A stretch of DNA of 55,926 bases, counting the filler, from Basidiobolus ranarum (Eukaryota), in the NCBI GenBank assembly GCA_040143965.1. It is 5 parts of 5 records of this genome, joined end to end, with 100 filler letters (N's around TTAATTAATTAA, not from the genome) between each part and the next. Parts side by side here need not be neighbours in the genome. Positions count along the whole stretch, not along the records: positions 22,450 to 33,555 come from JASJQH010000637.1; positions 33,656 to 44,747 come from JASJQH010000638.1; 3 more parts are not named here. The stretch is one strand, 5' to 3'. The notes below the pieces were generated by a model. That model did no database searches and was not told where the DNA came from. It saw nothing but the letters and a program-made list of their open reading frames with translations. The first letter of the stretch is position 1; each line of letters starts with the position of its first letter. The translations under genes and the position numbers were made by a program. This document shows positions 27,083-37,126 of the stretch, one piece after another.

Positions 27083-27481
27083 ATGAAACAATACAGGGAT
27101 TTGCAGACAGGCAAGCCGATCTTGAATTACAATGACGTGCAGTTTGGTGAATACGAACCCTTTTCTTATATAAGTGGGTTTATCCATTCTTCTAACCTCA
27201 TCTCTCTTTGTATCTCGACTGTTAACACTAACAATACTCTCACTTACAACCAAGACATGAGGTCACTTACCAACGATTCATTATATGCTCCACTAAATTC
27301 CTCGACCAAACTTTACTACCCACGAAAGCAATCGCTTTTACCTAGACCACGAAGAAATTCTCAATTCCAATTTCAATATGAAGAAGAGGCACCCGAGGAA
27401 AGAGAGAGCTTAAACAAACCTTCATATGAAGAGCCCATGTTTCACGAGAAGCTTAGACAAACTCTGGCCTTCTTCTTTTAA
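27083..27481 (+). CDS. Hypothetical protein (possible in-frame intron ~27175-27255)
   Basis: 132-aa ORF with an ATG start, divergent from RPL11, and a TATATATA upstream; no recognisable domain. Confidence 0.4.
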   Translation: MKQYRDLQTGKPILNYNDVQFGEYEPFSYISGFIHSSNLISLCISTVNTNNTLTYNQDMRSLTNDSLYAPLNSSTKLYYPRKQSLLPRPRRNSQFQFQYEEEAPEERESLNKPSYEEPMFHEKLRQTLAFFF

Positions 27482-27821
27482 GAGCGTTCACACTCCTTTA
27501 CACTAGAATCATTACATACCAAATCTAAATTTATAACATAGCATTGCACTAATAACTCAATAGATCTCTAGAATCACTATAGATAGGGATTTGGACCATT
27601 CCATTCCATCCCTTCCCCTCCCTTTGCTCTTTCTCAACTATTGCTATTAAATCATGATAGATTTCCTTCAAACTTTATGATCTATTTTGAAGATAACAAT
27701 AGTACAGTTGACAAATGACAAATATTAACACGAAACCATCAAAATTGGGAAATAAAAACATACACATGATAGCAAGTACAGACTGTGAATAAACTATTAA
27801 ATAACCATCACACGGGGTTGA

Positions 27822-29469
27822 TTACCACAAGTATTGACTGTCAATACTACTGGTGCCTTGATGCTTAATTGATGGGTCTTCAAGAAGATCACTGATCTTT
27901 TCCAACCATATATTCCTCGTAGATTCTGTGGGTGCTGATAAGTAGAGCTTGTATTCAGAACCTGGGCCTCGGATCATATCTGCAGGAAACCCCTGGGTAG
28001 ATATGACACTATCTGGGAAAGATAGCTCGAACGAATGCATCTTAGTATCTTGTAAGTCTTGAGCTCTGATTGAACTCATTCCGGATAAATCCACTTCGTT
28101 AATGGGTGGCTTAGCCTAAGGTTGGAGGATAGTCGCTTAATTGAGATGGGTCATCAAACTAGGACAAGATATGAACTTACGCTTTTATGACGAGGGTGAT
28201 AGAGAACAAGTTTGTTGTTACGGAGAGCGACGAAGTAGCTTTCCCAATTGGACTATAATGATGTTAATGTGTGAGATTCAAGTGAATCATTCTAGAATAA
28301 TGAATGAACTTACCGAACCAGACACATCTCGTATGTACAACTGTAAATGTCCAAAATGAAGATGATTCTTTGAAACATCATCGGAATCAGAGTCTGAATC
28401 TAGTTCTTTGGTTCCTAGAAATTGCATTCCAACCTCTAACACAACCTCAATTTTCTTCGAATCACTTGGATGATCTTGATCCAGAAAGTAGGTGTCAATG
28501 CTTTTCTCTTGCTGTTGGAGAGGAAAACTGAGTTGCAACGAGCCTACTACCACGTCTGACTTTTCATGTTGTTTACGAGAGAATGCCTTGGGAAAGAACG
28601 AAGAACGACGTGAAGATTTACGAATTCGCTGACCAAATACTGACACATAAAGTGTGAATGCTGCATTAACATCACTGTTGAAAAACCCACACGTTAGGAA
28701 TATATATAGATGATTGGATCCAATGGGTAATGGCCTTACTATAGGAAAATCTCATCAAAACTAGAGATTTGAACTTCGGTGTCTTTCTTGACAGCGGTTA
28801 CAGTAGCAGTAGAGCACTCTTTTGCTCCTACTCTCAAAACGCATCTCAAGCTATAGTCTGAGAGCATATAGAAATTAGTGATGTGTGAATTTTGTCCGTT
28901 TTGATGACAGCTTACCCTTTTTACTTTGATGAGATCGTACCTCCAATACTAAATAAATGAATATAATTTAGAAGAATATCTTTGGAGCCGGGGGCAAGTT
29001 AACCTACCTCGAATATACAAAAGACCCTCCTTAGGTGGACTATTGACTGAGGTAGCAGGGCTGAATATTGCCGGTGGAAATGAGGACCTTGACAAAAGAG
29101 TTAACAGAGTTCCGTAGCTAGTCAATCTATAAACCAATATCACCTTCTTTTCCTTCTTCTTCTTGGTACCCTAGAGTCTCTTCTTTCTTCGGGAGTTTTC
29201 TCTTCTTCGCGTATAGGTGGTGGTAGGGTATGTCGTTTTTGTTGGTTACGATCATATACCCAGTCTAACACGTTGTTATCCAATTTTATAGAACTTGCCC
29301 TCAAATAGTGTACGCTCTTAGCCCTTTCAGGTGGATTTTGAAGAGCAGGAGATTGCAGAGTTTTCGAGGGTAAAGAATGAAAAGTAAACAAAGAGTCTAT
29401 ATTGGAAGCAATAGACTCTTTGGGACGTTCTTCACGAGTACGTATCGAATGCTTGAAGCGCGAAAACAT
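27822..29469 (-). CDS. Multi-exon protein with C2-like region and C-terminal PH domain (anillin-like architecture)
   Basis: Exons give LLYIRG..LRCVLRVG..FDEIFL (C2-like) and HFGHLQLY..WESYFVALRNNKLVLY..VDLS..HSFELSF..LYLSAPTESTRNIWLEKI (PH). Confidence 0.6.
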
Positions 29470-29571
29470 TACACCTTATAAAATTGAACTGAGTGGTAAC
29501 TAGGTTGTAAAAGTGGTTGATTTATTAATAAAAGTCACTATTATCTTAATCAAAACAAACTCTACATCCAA

Positions 29572-30253
29572 TCAAATCTTAGAATCTAATAAAATTTGAA
29601 GTTCGTACCATTTATCAGGACCTATAGAAAGTATATTAGTAAAAGTTCCGAAACCATTTTTGTTTCAATTATCAGTTCTGATTCTAGTGTCTAGTGTTTG
29701 GTGTCTGGTGCAAGTAGAAAGTAAATTTACCATGAACAACTTCAGATTCTCCAAGTAAAGTGAAACCACAGCTTTCGTAAAGCTTAATCAAATAATCATG
29801 AGCTATCAGGGCAATTCTTTCATATTTCGGGGAGTCACAGTTTCCGTTGGACTCTTGAAGTCTTCTAATATATTCCTTTAGAAGATTGGCTGCGATACCT
29901 TTTCTCTGATGCTTTTTATCCACACAAACCGAGTGAATACATACGGTTTTCCCGTTAGGAACATGGTCACTCATGGAGTTATGAGTTAAAGTAGGTTCGG
30001 AAGCAAGTGTAGATACAATGTAACCCACCAACTGACCATCCAAATACCTTCCAAGGAATAATTCCGGCGCTACCTTTTGTCTATATTCAAGTTTATCTAA
30101 AGTAGCTGCTTCCGAAGCATCATAACCTACAAAGGAACCTTTAAGTTCGGAAATTTTCTTAAAAATATCTTTGAAATTCTTCTATTTACCTGCACTTTCC
30201 AACTCGTAAGCTGTTGGTACCTCGAACCTCTCAACCAGTTTATAGACGGCCAT
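29572..30253 (-). CDS. GNAT N-acetyltransferase, polyamine/arylalkylamine (Paa1/AANAT-like) type (3 exons)
   Basis: AYELESA|GY..EAA..KLEYR..PELFLG, VCIHSVCV..QRKGIA (acetyl-CoA motif), LIAHDYLIKLYESCGF and HG|PDKWYE. Confidence 0.88.
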
Positions 30254-31960
30254 TCTTTAATCAAGTGTTTGTTTGGTATTGTACTCTATAAATATAGCCG
30301 AATAAACTAGGGTGATCGATAAATGATGGGTAATCGATTTTGGGGACCATCTACTTACCCCTCTACCCTCCACGTCATGATTTTCATTCAGTCCCACAGA
30401 TTAGCTAATATTTAACACTCTGACTAAATGTTCATATATAACATAGTTATCTGAGTTTGCCTATTGCTTATGACTTTATAATAATAGCACATCTCATTTG
30501 TACACTATTTCAGCAAATACAAGTGTGACTAGGATGCCAAGCAAAAATTCTTAAACCAAGAACTATTTACATCAACAGCCTCATCATGTACTTGCATGCA
30601 TATATGAGACCTTGAACCAAGCAACTAGCATTTATAACCCTACTATGCTCTTAACTCTTCATTCCCTAATACGAACTTTATTCAGTTCAATTAAGTAGTT
30701 GGTACAAGCAAGCCCATCAATGCTTCCATTTGTCCAACATATCTATCAGTTAGAAATACTTACTAACTATTCACCCATCCATTATCTGCCCTTTTTCGGC
30801 ATAATATCATTTACCTATATACTTTCGTATCTTTCATACCAAGTTAACCACGTGATGTTGTCTTAGCAGTTGGTTCTTACTAACAGAAGAATATATAATC
30901 ACCAATTAACCTAAATTCCATAAAAGTATCATCGAATTGGAGTGCAAAAGAGTGCAAAACTTTGCCAACATAACTCTGGATATATCTCGATGACAAAAAT
31001 TATACCAAGAAACCATGTTCCTAAATCTGCCGTCCGATCCAGATCGATTAATCTCAAGAATTGCATTAAGTATACACAGTATTCAATCAGTATTACCAAT
31101 CTCCAATTGTATAATGGATTCTAATAGCAAGGAAATAGCCACACCCTAGTCATATTCAGTTGCTACTTCACTCCTGATTATCGGTACTATTCTAGGTCGG
31201 ACCATCGAATATAGCTCATTAGTCCAAGATCTGTTACTGGAGTACCAAATTAACACGATACCTGGGCTGGTTTGAGAGTAATTCGAATATGTATTATAAA
31301 AACTCATTACGTAGGAATGTTAAATGGATCAAGATTGCCAAGATTCAGCTTGCCACATCCCCAGAACGCAAAATACAGTGGTATGTTCTTGGGTAGTACA
31401 ATGTAATGTACTAATTTAAGGAAGAGTTTGATACTCATTCGTTGTATCAATACAATATGGTTCTGGCTTGAAATAAACAAGTAGCTCAGAATAAAAGTTG
31501 CTTCCGGACAAGCATGACAAACATCTCCCCATTAATGAATAAACTTATTCACAAATATTCCCTAAAAGAGTATGCTTGTGATTCCAAATCAAGGGTGTAG
31601 TAGGGCTTAGTTGAGAGAGAGGTCAAGAATTGCCTGCCAAGACCGTAAACCCAACCTGCCATGATATACGATATTTTTTGCATGAACCTTTCTTGGCACT
31701 TTTAAAAGAAAGACTGGTACTTATTGGCGTTACTGTCGTACTGTGATCCAAACATTTCAATCTATATATGTAGATTACTTCATAATCCCTGGCAATTCAA
31801 GTAAGGATCAGCGGGTTAAAAAGTCTAAATCCGATAGTCTTGTGGAGTACAATACTGTTCCAGATTGCAATTAATGCCAACACTAGAAGCGAGCGATATG
31901 ATAAAAGCTGACTAACGACACTCGGTTTGGTCATAACTTACATCTAAACAGCAATCTACA

Positions 31961-32374
31961 ATGGAAGCAAAGAGATCTCTTTACAGAATAGCCTTGTTGA
32001 TTGTGTGCCTCTTGAGTCCAATTGTCGTGAATGCCAGAAGCAACTGTGAAGACTGCTTATTTTCGTTACCTTTCCGAGCCACCCCAGGATGCGAGAATTT
32101 CGTGCATGATGATGAGCTAAAACCCTTCAATCCCACCGACTTGTACAAGAAATGCTCTTGCCAGTTAAAAGATGCCCCTCACCATTTCGATTTATGCAAT
32201 TCCATCTGTTCTCAATCGGAAGTGAGCAGGATAAAATCTCAGATTGGTGCAGCAGGAATGTTCAATTGTAATAAGGTGTTAGGAAAATCCGCTGCATCTC
32301 CTTTGACATCCAATACTGTTTGGATGATTGGTGCCGTCTTGAGTGCAATTTTGAGTCACTTTCTATTGATGTGA
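31961..32374 (+). CDS. Small secreted cysteine-rich, probably GPI-anchored protein
   Basis: Signal peptide, 8 Cys in the mature part, SAAS omega-like site and a hydrophobic C-terminus. Confidence 0.75.
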   Translation: MEAKRSLYRIALLIVCLLSPIVVNARSNCEDCLFSLPFRATPGCENFVHDDELKPFNPTDLYKKCSCQLKDAPHHFDLCNSICSQSEVSRIKSQIGAAGMFNCNKVLGKSAASPLTSNTVWMIGAVLSAILSHFLLM

Positions 32375-33555
32375 TACTGTCTTTAAGTTATCACACTTAC
32401 AGTACTACTAGCTCTATCTGAATACATTCAATTTCACTTTAATTAAATAAATTCCAGTTTTATGAAAGTCCTCATAATAATATCCCCTCTCCCCGATTAT
32501 TGAAGAGACAACCTAGTTTAGATCACACGGATGCTCTTTCTAAGAACTATGGGTACTAGTGTGAAGTAGAAGTAGTTGGCCCAAAGAGATTCATGCTGAA
32601 CGCGTCAAGAGGCTACTGTATACATACAATCCAAGCTGGGTTTTATAATTGGGCGAAATCTTTGTGGTCACTAATTAGCGTTACTGATACAAACTGTTAA
32701 CCATTATGATCAAGCCACAGTTAGCTACATCAAGTGAGAAATATCTGCGTATATTGATAATGCATGCTCCTTTATTACTTCATTGTTACTTTATATGCTA
32801 TCCATAGCTATAGTCTCACAGTATGGCCTGATCTCATTAGAAAAAGTTGAACAATGCAGAGATCAACATATTCAAGGATGATGGTACTCTTGAAGATTAT
32901 GAGTTTCCAGAGGTAAACATCAAGTTTCACATACTAGTTGTGAGAAACAGAGCATTAGTCTGCAGCAGGAACTTCTCTTTATGATACATCTACACAAGCT
33001 TATTATTACTATTGTATTTGTTATCCATTTCTTAATCTGTCCCAGTATTTTATATAACAACTCTCACTAACAGAGATTTCAGGATTGTTATTGTAAGAAA
33101 ACCATCACAATTTTAATTCATTTTGGATTGACCATTTACTTACCATCACAAAATCATCAAGTTAGATTTGATTTTAATCAATTTTTTCAGTTTCAGGAGT
33201 GAAATTTCAAGATCTTGCAAAATAGTTGCACATGATTGGCTACAATCTCAAAAAACTATGGATCAACAAATGTGCAAAAAACATAACTCAAATTTTACAT
33301 ATTTACCACTTGAATGTTAATTTCTCACCTTTAAAATCCCTAGTTTCTTTGATATGTTCTCCTGAATATTTTTATAGAGTTCTTCATACCCAAGGTTTAG
33401 CTCATATCCAACACAAGTTTGTATGAGTATCTCCATCAAAGCCCACCATTATATTAATGTTGCTGAATCACCATTCTTCACGCTATCTGGTGGATACCTT
33501 GCAATATTGTGCCACTCTGTATTAAGATCTTCCCAGATATCTGCACAGTCAACAT

Positions 33556-33655
33556 NNNNNNNNNNNNNNNNNNNNNNNNNNNNNNNNNNNNNNNNNNNNT
33601 TAATTAATTAANNNNNNNNNNNNNNNNNNNNNNNNNNNNNNNNNNNNNNNNNNNN
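33556..33655. other. Artificial contig linker
   Basis: N-run + TTAATTAATTAA + N-run. Confidence 0.98.
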
Positions 33656-34230
33656 AATTCCGATCTTGGTTTGAAATTTTTTAAAAATAATTCCGAACTT
33701 AATTTAAATCTTAATTCGGATCTTGGTTTGAAACTTTTAAAAAAATAATTTCGCAAAATATTATTTTAAAACTCAAATTAGAACTTGAAGAAGATCTTGT
33801 TTAGAATTTAATTCCGAACTTAATTTAAATCTAATTCGGATCTTGTTTAGAATTTAATTCCGAACTTAATTTAAATCTAATTCCTATCTTGGTTTGAAAT
33901 TTTTTAAAAATAATTTTGCAAAAAATTATTTTAAAACTTGAATTAGAACTTGAAGAAGATCTTGTTTAGAATTTAATTCCGAACTTAATTTAAATCTAAT
34001 TTGTATCTCGGTTTGAAAAATTTTAAAAATAATTTCGCAAAATATTATTTTAAAACTCGAAAAAGATCTTATTTAGAATTTAATTTGAATCTTAGTCCAA
34101 GAACTCTTTTAAAATATTATTTCGTACTAACTTTAATTTAAATCTTAACTCGAACTTGAATTATATCTTGGATTTAAAAATTATTTCGCAAAAATTTAAT
34201 TTAAACCAAACCTGGATTTTGGTTCGAAAC
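33656..34230. repeat. AT-rich complex tandem repeat with palindromic subunits
   Basis: AATTCCGAACTTAATTTAAATCT at ~33689, 33810, 33856 and 33975; TTTTAAAAATAATT..ATTATTTTAAAA hairpin units at ~33737, 33902 and 34021. Confidence 0.92.
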
Positions 34231-34232
34231 TT

Positions 34233-36230
34233 TTAAAAAATATATTTATGGTTGAGTCTGAGTAAAGATTGTTGAACCAATGGGTGATTGTACGGAACGA
34301 TATTTATCTTATCTATTGTGAATGGTTGTTCTTGGTTTTCTCTCGTGAAAATATATTTGTTGGAATAAGATTTTGGCTGGGATAATTTTTTTGGTTCCCA
34401 GGAATGTGTTTCGTCAAGAAATATTTTGTTTAGGGTAGATGTATTTGCGGAAAGTAGTTGTGTTTCTTTGCATTTAAGCCAAGAGACGTTTGGTTTTGAA
34501 AATTCGTAGATTGTGTGAGCATTTAGGAGTTTGACTTCTGTATCTGGTGCGAAAAAAGATATATCTAGGGGTCTTTGGTACCTGCAAACAAACCCGTAAT
34601 TTTCTAAAGTTTGTTGGATCTGGGGAAAATTTTTTGTGATGCCAATAATTTTGCAGATTGGGTGTAAGAGAGGTTGGAGTTGGGAAAAGTGTTCTGGGAC
34701 GTGATCTAGTTGGAATAGGGTAATAATGTTGTACTTAATGTTAACGTCGTGCAAATTTGGTAAATGTAAAATATTTACCGTTGGAAAGTTTGGTGTGTAC
34801 ATCATAATATTTTGGATTTCGTTGATCCACAATTTAAAGAACGTCTGTGGTGTTCCATCTAAAAGGTCTGGACCCAAGGCGTCTTGGATATTTTTTTCGA
34901 CAATAGTTAAGTTGTTGCCGTAAATTCTGTCTTCGCGTTTTTTGGTGCACACTAGGGTATGTCGTTCAAGTATGTTAAACTCGTAGATACCTGTGACGTC
35001 AAGGATATTATTTGGGTCTAGTACATTAGTAATCCCGGATGCCGTTGGGTCAAACTCTTGGGGTGGGTTACCACAGGATAATTTTTTGGTGAGTGGATTC
35101 CATTCCAGATCGACGGTGGTGCCGATATGTTTCCATTTGTAGATTTTGTTGTGGTATTGTTTGCCATGGGTAAATACGATTCCGTCCATCATGTTTTCGT
35201 ACTTTTTAAACATAGATAGGGTTGGGAAGACGTTCATGGGTAAATAGGGTTTAGATTCGAAAAGGTTCTGTTGTGTTAGGTAGGGTTTGATGTCGGAGAG
35301 AAAAGTTTTTATGTAAGAGAGTCGTTCGGGTAATTTATGTCTAGTTAGATTTTTTCCGTTGTAGATAATTACATCTAAGATAAAATATTTATCGTGGTTA
35401 ATTTTTTCTATGTCCAGGGCAATTGGGTTGCGTTTAGAGTGTTCGGTAAAGTGTAGTATAACGTTGCATAGACAATCTCGATCTAAGTTTGGTTTTAGGG
35501 TGCACAAATATCCTCCCATAATTGTCAACAGAAGTCTTTCTCCGTCTACTTTTGCGGACATCATGTAATTCTTTTTGGATAGCACTAAATCTTTGATATT
35601 GCTTTTTGTAAGGGTTACGGGTTTGTTTAGTTTAAATTTTTTAATTACGGTGTTAGATTGTTTAGCGAGAATATTTCTGATAGTTTTTGGGATAAAGGTT
35701 TTGTCGTTTAGCATACATAGTGTGCAGAATTGGGCAGTTTTGAAAAATTTTTGTATATTAAGCTTGTCAAAAGATAATATTTCAAGTTCAACGAATCGTA
35801 GGATGTTATTATTTTCTGGGATTTCTGTGATATCTATTCTAAAGTCGTCAAATGTTTTTGACCATCGTTGTTTTTGGATAGGTTTGATAGAGAAGGAGTT
35901 AAGTTTAACATTGTAAGAGACGCTAACTTCTGAGCTCAGCACTAAGTTATACCAGTCACCCAAAAGTTTTTTGCGTTTTAGGGTAGACTTGCAGACGGTT
36001 TCTTTGCCATTTATTTTTCTGTAATAGTATTCGCCGCTTATTCTGGTTGGCCTAATTTGTTTTTCCATATATGTAATATGTTCCCAATCATCGGGACCTA
36101 GGGTGGATTTAATTTTGTTGATGCCAGATTCGGTAATTATACTTCCGTCCATGCGTAGTTCTAATTCGGCACATTTTCCGAGTGATTTTCCGAATATTAG
36201 CATAGAATTTAATACAGATTTGTCATCCAT
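34233..36230 (-). CDS. Viral-type mRNA capping enzyme: TTM RNA triphosphatase + guanylyltransferase + degenerate C-terminal methyltransferase-like region
   Basis: TTM motifs ELELR, KQRWS..FRIDITE and FVELEI. GTase motifs KPVTL, I KVDGER, III LDIE, IIIa YFILD, IV DGIVF, V YKWK..TVD and VI REDR..GN. 665 aa, intronless. Confidence 0.9.
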   Translation of the reverse strand: MDDKSVLNSMLIFGKSLGKCAELELRMDGSIITESGINKIKSTLGPDDWEHITYMEKQIRPTRISGEYYYRKINGKETVCKSTLKRKKLLGDWYNLVLSSEVSVSYNVKLNSFSIKPIQKQRWSKTFDDFRIDITEIPENNNILRFVELEILSFDKLNIQKFFKTAQFCTLCMLNDKTFIPKTIRNILAKQSNTVIKKFKLNKPVTLTKSNIKDLVLSKKNYMMSAKVDGERLLLTIMGGYLCTLKPNLDRDCLCNVILHFTEHSKRNPIALDIEKINHDKYFILDVIIYNGKNLTRHKLPERLSYIKTFLSDIKPYLTQQNLFESKPYLPMNVFPTLSMFKKYENMMDGIVFTHGKQYHNKIYKWKHIGTTVDLEWNPLTKKLSCGNPPQEFDPTASGITNVLDPNNILDVTGIYEFNILERHTLVCTKKREDRIYGNNLTIVEKNIQDALGPDLLDGTPQTFFKLWINEIQNIMMYTPNFPTVNILHLPNLHDVNIKYNIITLFQLDHVPEHFSQLQPLLHPICKIIGITKNFPQIQQTLENYGFVCRYQRPLDISFFAPDTEVKLLNAHTIYEFSKPNVSWLKCKETQLLSANTSTLNKIFLDETHSWEPKKLSQPKSYSNKYIFTRENQEQPFTIDKINIVPYNHPLVQQSLLRLNHKYIF

Positions 36231-36258
36231 GATTTAATTAATAATAGTTTTTTGCGAT

Positions 36259-36730
36259 AAGTTTGGGTTTAAAAAAGTTTGTTTGGCGAAAAGTTTGTCT
36301 GGAACGAAAAAGTTTGGTTGGTGAGAAGTTTGTCTGGAACGAAAAAGTTTCGAAAAGTTTATTTCAAACTAAAAGTTTGTTCAACGAAAAGTTTGTTTGG
36401 CGAAAAGTTTGTTCAACGAAAAGTTTATCTAAAACTAAAAGTTTGCTTGACGAAAAATATTTTATCTAGAACTAAAAGTTTGTTCAACGAAAAGTTTATT
36501 TCGAACTAAAAGTTTACTTGACGAAAAATATTTTATCTAGAACTAAAAGTTTGTTCAACGAAAAGTTTATTTCAAACTAAAAGTTTACTTGACGAAAAAT
36601 ATTTTATCTAGAACTAAAAGTTTGCTTGACGAAAAATATTTTATCTAAAACTAAAAGTTTGTTCAACGAAAAGTTTATTTCGAACTAAAAGTTTGCTTAA
36701 CGAAAAATAATTTATCCAGAATTAAAAGTA
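36259..36730. repeat. AAAAGTTT-core tandem repeat array (16/18/16/21-bp subunits, 71-bp higher-order unit)
   Basis: About 22 AAGTTT cores; AAAAGTTTGTTCAACG at 36474 and 36545 (71-bp period). Confidence 0.93.
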
Positions 36731-36844
36731 ATTTTTTGATATCAAAAGTATAGAAACGGAAAACCTATTTCTTGGTTTTGTATCAATTAACATTGAAAAA
36801 ATATTTGCATTCCCCATTCCGCCTTACACAAAATATACGTAGCC

Positions 36845-37126
36845 ATGAGTCTTAAGTGTAAATCTACTGTCCATTTGAATGGGTATCCACAAATTGGTAC
36901 AGAGGATTTTCAAATAAAAATCGCAAATAAATTGGAGTTCAGAAACTTTTATAATTCAGAAGGTTTATACCCTCATCAAGAATTCTTGCGTAGATATCTT
37001 TCTCCACATACTCCGTATAAAGGGTTGTTGTTATTTCATTCCCTGGGTTCAGGTAAATCACTAGGTTGCATATCTGTCGCAGTGGACCATCACGTCTACA
37101 AGTTGAAATTAATCACTCCTCCTTGA
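36845..37126 (+). pseudogene. 5' fragment of NCLDV D6/D11-like (VETF-S/NPH-I family) SF2 helicase
   Basis: YP..DFQIKIANKLEF, LYPHQEFLRRYLSPHTPYKGLLLFHSLGSGKS (Q motif and Walker A). The ORF stops about 20 codons after motif I, with no DExH. Confidence 0.8.

Noticed and set aside
34233-36230. Host Ceg1 capping enzyme or ATP-dependent DNA ligase (KxDG)
   Set aside because: The N-terminal TTM triphosphatase fusion, motif V KWK..TVD, lack of introns and viral-type neighbour fit a viral capping enzyme better.
36259-36730. Possible CRISPR-like array
   Set aside because: No unique spacers, the units are contiguous variants of one another, there are no cas genes and the context is eukaryotic. The overlapping 68- and 76-aa ORFs are repeat by-products.
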